DNA from: a virus
DNA: 64,000 bases
IMG/VR virus record: IMGVR_UViG_3300045581_000334
Location: 12,695-76,694 of that record
Strand: one strand, 5' to 3'
Shown here: in pieces, positions 58,548 to 64,000 of the stretch
How positions within the stretch are numbered: the first letter of the stretch is position 1
Layout: every line of letters starts with the position of its first letter
The notes under the pieces: generated by a model
Database searches by the model: none
Seen by the model: the letters and a program-made list of their open reading frames with translations, nothing else
Told to the model about the DNA's origin: nothing
Made by a program: the position numbers and the translations under genes

Positions 58548-58642
58548 TATCACAATGTCCGAATTGCCCCGATTTTCGATTTGATATTTGTCAGTCCCCT
58601 ATGATAGTATTTAATTATTAAATAAAGAAAGGAAGTTAAACA

Positions 58643-58819
58643 ATGACTTCACTAACACTAGAGCAAAAGATAATCAAGGCTGCTCACCTTATCGCTGACG
58701 GAAAGTTAGTATCTTTCCGAGGTGCTTCCGCTGATACCTATCTAAAGGTAGAGCGACTCGCTAACCGCATTAAGCAAGAGCGAGAGTTTCCACAATGCCC
58801 TTGTGGAGAGTGTGACTAG
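58643..58819 (+). CDS. 58-aa early protein with C-terminal CPCGEC
   Basis: Promoter motif and RBS. Confidence 0.7.
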   Translation: MTSLTLEQKIIKAAHLIADGKLVSFRGASADTYLKVERLANRIKQEREFPQCPCGECD

Positions 58820-58910
58820 CATCACACACACGACACGGCGTGTCGTCTTGATAATGTCAGTCACCCATGATAGTATTCCATTATTAGAAACTAAAGAAAG
58901 GACATAAAAT

Positions 58911-59105
58911 ATGTCAAACTTATACTCAGTAGAATCTCTCCTAATCGGTAAGGCTTATCGTAGCCAATCTCTAGAAGGTATCATTCAAGATGCCGAGCCT
59001 TATGACAAGGCTTACTATGCTAACGCTAACGCCTATCGTGTGCGTGTTCGCCCTACTAACAGGCTAACAGATACCTATCGTATCGTAGCCGTAGCGTGTG
59101 ATTAG
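58911..59105 (+). CDS. Early hypothetical protein (paralogue of 59932..60162)
   Basis: Promoter motif and RBS; YS.E..L.G..YRS shared with its paralogue. Confidence 0.75.
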   Translation: MSNLYSVESLLIGKAYRSQSLEGIIQDAEPYDKAYYANANAYRVRVRPTNRLTDTYRIVAVACD

Positions 59106-59205
59106 TATCACACGACACGCCTAGCGTGTCACCTTGATAATGTCGGTCATGTGTGATAGTCTAACGACATAACAAAATAAGAACTAACGAAAAGGAATAA
59201 ACAAA

Positions 59206-59349
59206 ATGGATAGATACTTACTAATAGAACTAGGCTCTGACGGAATTGCCTTTGAGACCGCCCAATTCGATTTCTACGCATCATGGCTAGGAATTGGAAT
59301 TGCTATCGTGTCAGTGGTAGCGTATAAGGTATGGAAGAACAGAAAGTAA
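59206..59349 (+). CDS. 47-aa single-pass membrane protein
   Basis: Promoter motif and RBS; WLGIGIAIVSVVAY followed by a basic tail. Confidence 0.7.
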   Translation: MDRYLLIELGSDGIAFETAQFDFYASWLGIGIAIVSVVAYKVWKNRK

Positions 59350-59359
59350 AGGAAATAAA

Positions 59360-59530
59360 ATGTATTCGTTTGATAATAAAGATAACTCATACAAGTATGA
59401 AAGTATTCAACACGGCTATGAAGTTGAATACTATGATGAAGTAGAGGCAGACCCTATTGAATTATCATTAGAGGAAATGCTAGAATTAGAAGATGAAATG
59501 GAATTGGAAGAATTGGCGGAGGCGATATAA
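59360..59530 (+). CDS. 56-aa highly acidic protein
   Basis: AAGGA RBS; 20 Asp/Glu versus 2 Lys. Confidence 0.7.
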   Translation: MYSFDNKDNSYKYESIQHGYEVEYYDEVEADPIELSLEEMLELEDEMELEELAEAI

Positions 59531-59531
59531 A

Positions 59532-59624
59532 ATGAAATGCTCTTTATGCTATGGTAGAAAGGTCATCTATGTAGGTGATCGTCATGAATATACAATAGAG
59601 CCATGTGAGAGGTGTTCTAAGTGA
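59532..59624 (+). CDS. 30-aa Zn-finger peptide
   Basis: CSLCYG...IEPCERC; similar to 60542..60697. Confidence 0.5.
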   Translation: MKCSLCYGRKVIYVGDRHEYTIEPCERCSK

Positions 59625-59931
59625 TACACCTTATCCATGCCGCCGCCCTGCTAGCCCTATGCGTAGGCTTAGGCTTCTGTGTGGCATATATCACACTAAC
59701 CTAACGGCGTGTCGGCTTGACAAAAGCTGCGCCCGCCCGTAACGAGTGTGCGGGCGATTTGTCCTTTATGTCCGATTTTAAAAAACCCTGGAAATTTGCG
59801 ACACACCCGAGATTTTGTGATATTTCCCACACTGCTGAGCGTCTCAAAATATGGAATTACTCGCTAGTAAGTAGAAAAATGTCAGTGGGTTTTGGTAAAA
59901 TTACGGAGTAACAAAATGAAAGGAAAACTAA

Positions 59932-60162
59932 ATGATAAAAAAATACTCTACTGAAAACATTCTCGAGGGAACTTATTATCGTTCCACTAATCGCTATCCG
60001 CAAGACGGACTAATTACTTACGCAACAAAACGCCCAGAAATTTGGGTCGGCGAAAATGCCGAAGCGTATGCTGTAAAGGTTCGCCCTATCTATAATCCTT
60101 CTGACCCTAAAACATGGGGTAAAGATTTTTGGGCTACTATTGCGGTCAGCCATTCCGACTAA
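59932..60162 (+). CDS. Early hypothetical protein
   Basis: Promoter motif and RBS. Confidence 0.75.
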   Translation: MIKKYSTENILEGTYYRSTNRYPQDGLITYATKRPEIWVGENAEAYAVKVRPIYNPSDPKTWGKDFWATIAVSHSD

Positions 60163-60217
60163 ATGTCGGTGGCTTCCGCTATAATCTAACTAAATAAAAA
60201 CACGAAAGGAAAACTAA

Positions 60218-60406
60218 ATGAAAACTTCAATGTCGCTTAGAGAAATCGAGGAATTAGGTTTCTCACTTCAAGAAAATATCTGCGTATTCTGCTCAGAAAC
60301 TATGAGCAAAGAAACCCGAATTTGTTTCGGTTGCGGAGAATATAAAGGTGTCGTAAATATTGTTGAAGCCGTTGGCTACTATGGAAAGGAAATTCTACCT
60401 CTATGA
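60218..60406 (+). CDS. Zn-ribbon early protein
   Basis: CVFC...CFGC; promoter motif and RBS. Confidence 0.75.
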   Translation: MKTSMSLREIEELGFSLQENICVFCSETMSKETRICFGCGEYKGVVNIVEAVGYYGKEILPL

Positions 60407-60540
60407 AACTAGATGAATTCAAGGCGTATGTGATCGCCCAGCGTTTGGCAGAAACTAAAGAAAAACGCTCTAATAACCTAGCCGCTATTTTGTCGGTGGC
60501 TAATGCTACAATTACCGAAACACAACGAAAGGAAAACTAA
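60403..60540 (+). CDS. 45-aa hypothetical protein
   Basis: ATGA overlap with the upstream gene; spans a promoter motif. Confidence 0.45.
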   Translation: MKLDEFKAYVIAQRLAETKEKRSNNLAAILSVANATITETQRKEN

Positions 60541-60541
60541 A

Positions 60542-60697
60542 ATGAAAGTAATAAAAACTCTATCTTTTGACTGCGACACTTGCTACGGCAAGGGTTGGCT
60601 ATTCTATGGCGGAAACGAGGATTATAATATTGAACCTTGCGACTGTAATCCTACTTCTGATTTTGACGGCTCTCTATTTGTAAAGGAAAATGACTAA
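60542..60697 (+). CDS. Zn-finger early protein
   Basis: CDTCYGKG...IEPCDC; start moved to the ATG behind the RBS. Confidence 0.7.
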   Translation: MKVIKTLSFDCDTCYGKGWLFYGGNEDYNIEPCDCNPTSDFDGSLFVKEND

Positions 60698-60849
60698 TGA
60701 AAAAAAATGTTCTAATCTCGTTTATTACTGAGGCGGAAACCGATTTAGAAGCGGTTTTTGCTCTCAATAAAATTCTCTACCAATTGCCTGATAGCGATTT
60801 GGTCAAGTTTGATGTTTTTGATGTTGTGGAGTGTGATTTAGTAAAATGA
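60697..60849 (+). CDS. 50-aa hypothetical protein
   Basis: AAGGA RBS; TAATG coupling. Confidence 0.6.
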   Translation: MKKNVLISFITEAETDLEAVFALNKILYQLPDSDLVKFDVFDVVECDLVK

Positions 60850-61034
60850 TGACTCGTAAAGATTATATCGCTACCGCAGAAATTCTGCGGTATGTTTCAG
60901 ATAAAACTCACCCTGCTGTATTTTCTAAAATGGTAAATGATTTCGCAGAAATGTTTGCGAAAGATAACGACAGATTTGATGTTGTGAAATTTCACAAAGC
61001 CAGCAATTACAAAATTCCAAATTTCAGTAGTTAG
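60846..61034 (+). CDS. Early hypothetical protein
   Basis: MTRKDY...FA.DN.RFD..KF..A pattern that I recall from phage early genes. Confidence 0.75.
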   Translation: MMTRKDYIATAEILRYVSDKTHPAVFSKMVNDFAEMFAKDNDRFDVVKFHKASNYKIPNFSS

Positions 61035-61043
61035 GAAATAAAA

Positions 61044-61190
61044 ATGAAATTACAAAATAAAGAAAGAATAAAAAAAGTTTTGGAAATTCGCCGCAGTAAT
61101 GCGGCGACTCCAATTCCTAGTAAAAAAACTTATTCACGAAAACGAAAACATAAAAAAACCGCAGTCGGTAAAATTATGAATTGGGACTGA
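61044..61190 (+). CDS. 48-aa basic protein with an ArfA/BrfA-like motif
   Basis: AGGA RBS; RRSNAA.PIPSKKTYSRKRKHK. Confidence 0.65.
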   Translation: MKLQNKERIKKVLEIRRSNAATPIPSKKTYSRKRKHKKTAVGKIMNWD

Positions 61191-61360
61191 GCGCCCGCCC
61201 GCAAGAGCTGTGGGGGCGCAGATCGCTTTACGTCAAGTTCAAAACACCCTTGAAATTTGTGAGATTCATCACAAAAATAATTTGCGACACGCCGATACTC
61301 AAATAGAAATTGTCAGTAGTTTAGTTTATAATAGCGACATAACCAAACGAAAGGAAAATA

Positions 61361-61612
61361 ATGCTAAATACAGATAACTGGGCTTCATTCCCATTCTCCG
61401 TAAATGGAGTCAATTTTGTATCTAAGATAGATACTAATGGCTCATTCTATCCTACTTTATCAAAGATGCCAACAGCAATGGTGGACATGATAAATACTCA
61501 GGCTATTACCGAATTAGTAGGGGACCCTACTCTCATGACCACCGCCGAATTGCAAGCGGAATTGGATACTATCAACGCAGGCGCTTCGCAGGCGCTTCTC
61601 TGCCTAGCCTAA
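61361..61612 (+). CDS. Early hypothetical protein
   Basis: Promoter motif and RBS. Confidence 0.75.
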   Translation: MLNTDNWASFPFSVNGVNFVSKIDTNGSFYPTLSKMPTAMVDMINTQAITELVGDPTLMTTAELQAELDTINAGASQALLCLA

Positions 61613-61668
61613 CAATGTCGGTGGGCTAGAGTATAATCTAGCCCACTAACAACAACGAAAGGAAACAA

Positions 61669-61944
61669 ATGTTATCAACCGCAACCGCTCTTATTGAGGC
61701 AGTAGGCGACTCTATTATGGAAGATGAAGTAATAAATGTTGCTCGCATTATTACACAACAGCGCAACGAAATGTCTGAAGATGATTTCGCTAAGGCTATT
61801 TATTTTTATTCAGGTATGCTTGCTTCTGCTACCGCAGATAAAGTTACTAAAGTATTACTAAGCAAAGATGACTTACAGGCTCTTGCCGATACTATTGACG
61901 AAATGGAAATTATGAGAAATGAGGTATTAGAAAATGGGGAGTAA
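61669..61944 (+). CDS. Early hypothetical protein
   Basis: Promoter motif and RBS. Confidence 0.75.
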   Translation: MLSTATALIEAVGDSIMEDEVINVARIITQQRNEMSEDDFAKAIYFYSGMLASATADKVTKVLLSKDDLQALADTIDEMEIMRNEVLENGE

Positions 61945-62197
61945 TTTTGCTAATGATTTAGCGGACTATGATTTAGGATTAGATTTATCTACTGCTATTG
62001 GTATCCACTTATCTTCTAATCACTATCCACCCGTTCCCGCTTCTATGGTAACTCCGTGTATTGAGGCACTAGAGGCTTATTGGGAAGATGAAACAGATCG
62101 AGAGATAAAAATGCCCGAAGGAGTATCTTATAAAGGATTAGATACAGCACCCGCTTGGGCAGTTATTGAACAGCACCACCTAGAGGCGTGGCTATAA
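61934..62197 (+). CDS. Early hypothetical protein
   Basis: HL.SNHYPPVP...HHLEAWL. Confidence 0.75.
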   Translation: MGSNFANDLADYDLGLDLSTAIGIHLSSNHYPPVPASMVTPCIEALEAYWEDETDREIKMPEGVSYKGLDTAPAWAVIEQHHLEAWL

Positions 62198-62247
62198 ATG
62201 TCGGTGGGCTATGGTAAGATAGCCCTCCAAACAACGAAAGGAAATAA

Positions 62248-62397
62248 ATGAGCAACACACTAACAGTAGGTCAAACCTACACAACCACTCAAAGTGGTAT
62301 CACAGGCGTAATCAAGAAAATTGACAAGCACCCTTCTGGTGTAAGTCGTATTCTGCTTGATGTTAGCGGTAAAGACCGCTGGACTAGCGCAAAGTAA
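62248..62397 (+). CDS. 49-aa small beta-rich early protein
   Basis: Promoter motif and RBS; MSNTLTVGQTYTT...RWTSAK. Confidence 0.7.
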   Translation: MSNTLTVGQTYTTTQSGITGVIKKIDKHPSGVSRILLDVSGKDRWTSAK

Positions 62398-62471
62398 TCT
62401 AATAGGGGCGCACCGATAATGTCGGTGCGCCCTGCTATAATTCCCATAACTAACTAACGAAAGGAAAACAA

Positions 62472-62894
62472 ATGGCTAGAAATGGCAAATCCATAAATGT
62501 CAAGATTGCTACAAGCAAAGTAATCAAGGCACTTGAAAATAAGTTAGCGCAAATCCAAAAGGATAAGGCTAACCAAAAAACTAATGAGGAGAAGTTCTCA
62601 AAGGCGCAAGAAAAGTATAACAAGGAGATTGCTAAGTTAGCACTTGATAAAATTGCTAAAGCAACAGACTTGTCTGCTCATACTCGCTACAATGGCGACA
62701 TAAATGTATCTTTCACACTACCAAAGGGAATAATTGACCTTCCTGCTGAACCTGAAAAGGATTTTGACACTTACCATGAGTGGCAATACAAAGAAATGGT
62801 AGATGAAATTGAGAACGCAATTCGTATTCTCAAGATGACAGATGAGGAAACAGTAAGCACCTCAACTTACAACTCTATCGCTCGTTATCTCTAA
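62472..62894 (+). CDS. Early hypothetical protein (coiled-coil)
   Basis: Promoter motif and RBS. Confidence 0.8.
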   Translation: MARNGKSINVKIATSKVIKALENKLAQIQKDKANQKTNEEKFSKAQEKYNKEIAKLALDKIAKATDLSAHTRYNGDINVSFTLPKGIIDLPAEPEKDFDTYHEWQYKEMVDEIENAIRILKMTDEETVSTSTYNSIARYL

Positions 62895-62900
62895 TAAATT

Positions 62901-62926
62901 AGGGGGCTAGACAAAATCTAGCCCCT
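62901..62926 (+). terminator. Hairpin after 62472..62894
   Basis: GGGGCTAGA-CAAAA-TCTAGCCCC. Confidence 0.6.
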
Positions 62927-63020
62927 TATGTTAGAATACTCTAGCGGAAAAGAACCCTCACCTGAGTATGTGAAGTGCTAAACTGCTCAACTAATATCCC
63001 TACTAACAGAAAGTAAGTAA

Positions 63021-63278
63021 ATGAAAAATCGTTTTCGTGTTGAAATCTATGATGCGAATAAACTAAATGACCTAACTATTTATTCCGAACAAGGAATAGA
63101 TAAAGATTACTTGACCGAAATTGTTTTTAGTAATCTGTCAAGGTTTTCTGGTAATGTAAAAGCGTATGTATATGATGAAATAAAGAAAAAGAAAACTGTC
63201 GCTTTGTTTTTACCTGAGCAAACTGTAAATAAATATAAACCTAAGCAATTGACTAGAATTGAATTAGGTTTGATCTAA
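63021..63278 (+). CDS. Hypothetical protein
   Basis: ORF from the track. Confidence 0.7.
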   Translation: MKNRFRVEIYDANKLNDLTIYSEQGIDKDYLTEIVFSNLSRFSGNVKAYVYDEIKKKKTVALFLPEQTVNKYKPKQLTRIELGLI

Positions 63279-63443
63279 AAGCTTGGGGCGGGTTTGAACT
63301 GTGTAATCATCTAGATTCCCGCCCCGCCAAGTTTTTGGCCCGCAAAAGAGTGGGGGCCAAATGTGATTTAAGACACACACGGCGTGTCGCTGGAAATTTG
63401 TCAGTCTAATCTGTTATACTATCGGCATAACGAAAGGATAACT

Positions 63444-63596
63444 ATGAACACTGTTTATTGCGATTTTTATGAGATTTGTGGCACTGCTACCTATGTCAAT
63501 GATAAGGATTTAGAATTTTATAATGACGGCTACAAATGTGCCGAATGTTTTGATCAAATGGATATGGACTTCCTATCTCTTGTCGGTTGGGAGTGA
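63444..63596 (+). CDS. Small Cys-containing early protein
   Basis: Start moved to the ATG behind the promoter motif and CGAAAGGA RBS. Confidence 0.65.
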   Translation: MNTVYCDFYEICGTATYVNDKDLEFYNDGYKCAECFDQMDMDFLSLVGWE

Positions 63597-63600
63597 TATA

Positions 63601-64000
63601 ATGCCTGCTATGTTGAAACGCTCTAAAGATAGGAAAGTGGCTAATGCGGTATCCCCTAATGGAAAGACCCCCACGATTGCGAACACTTTTGGCCTGCCTG
63701 CTGGTAAGCAGTATTCTTGCCCTGGTGCTACTAGTATTTGCGAAAGTGTCTGCTATGCTGGCAAATTAGAAAAAGTATATAAGGGAGTAAAGGCTGTGCT
63801 ATTGCATAACTGGGAGCTCCTACGCAATGCAGATATTGAAACAATGGTCTCTCTTCTAGATGAGATGATTGTAGAATTCAAGGCGGAATGCGATAAGCGT
63901 TCTGCAGATAAACTATTCCGTATTCACTGGGATGGGGATTTCTTCTCCGATACCTATACCTATGCATGGAAGACTGTTATCAATAAACACCCTGATGTTC
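63601..64000 (+). CDS. GP88-family (radical-SAM-like) protein, truncated by the window end
   Basis: FGLPAG...SCPGAT..C...CYA and FRIHWDGDFF motifs. Confidence 0.75.
   Translation, partial: MPAMLKRSKDRKVANAVSPNGKTPTIANTFGLPAGKQYSCPGATSICESVCYAGKLEKVYKGVKAVLLHNWELLRNADIETMVSLLDEMIVEFKAECDKRSADKLFRIHWDGDFFSDTYTYAWKTVINKHPDV

Larger units (their letters stand above)
58514..63377. promoter_or_regulatory. Eight CRP/GlxR-type sites TGTGA-N6-TCACA
   Basis: Perfect at 58539, 58811, 59097 and 61258; one mismatch at 58514, 59680, 59816 and 63362. Confidence 0.7.
58589..63420 (+). promoter_or_regulatory. Eleven copies of early promoter motif TGTCRGT-N9-TAnnnT
   Basis: Starts at 58589, 58855, 59141, 59880, 60164, 60491, 61311, 61616, 62199, 62420 and 63399; each is followed by a GAAAGGA-type RBS and an ORF. 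Confidence 0.88.

Noticed and set aside
59717-59911. 64-aa ORF from the track
   Set aside because: TTG start with no RBS; lies over hairpin, CRP, GACAC and promoter elements, so probably non-coding.
58589-63420. Integron-like cassette array or CRISPR
   Set aside because: The repeats are short promoter motifs with no attC structure or regular spacing, and no integrase is seen.

Overview
This window is 64 kb of a large, low-GC tailed dsDNA phage genome with a long non-contractile tail. The host is most likely an actinobacterium, inferred from the leaderless genes, a GP88-family gene, CRP/GlxR- and WhiA-like sites and a class II ribonucleotide reductase. From 1 to 53.5 kb the genes are on the minus strand. 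They comprise the tail tip, a 3092-aa tape measure carrying internal enzyme-like cargo, frameshifting tail chaperones, tail tube, neck, major capsid, prohead protease and portal. A ~13-kb block of tailoring enzymes follows (7 prolyl-hydroxylase-like 2OG-Fe(II) oxygenases, 3 DUF6065-like proteins, SDR, radical SAM/SPASM, TylF methyltransferase, PLP enzyme, sulfotransferase-like, IMPDH/GMPR, Dps-like), then a block of fibre genes, a holin and nrdJ. The most unusual element is a pair of proteins built around long Phe/Pro-only repeats (FFPP)n. Each is encoded directly behind a fibre with the same C-terminal domain, and one ends in a non-splicing Hint domain and sits directly upstream of the tailoring enzymes. 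I propose this is an undescribed phage post-translational modification (RiPP-like or virion-decorating) system. From 58.5 to 64 kb is a plus-strand early region of tiny genes, with 11 copies of a TGTCRGT-N9-TAnnnT promoter motif, many CRP-type palindromes and a parS-like site. No terminase, tRNA, CRISPR array or integrase was recognised. All functional calls come from motif recognition by eye, not database searches.
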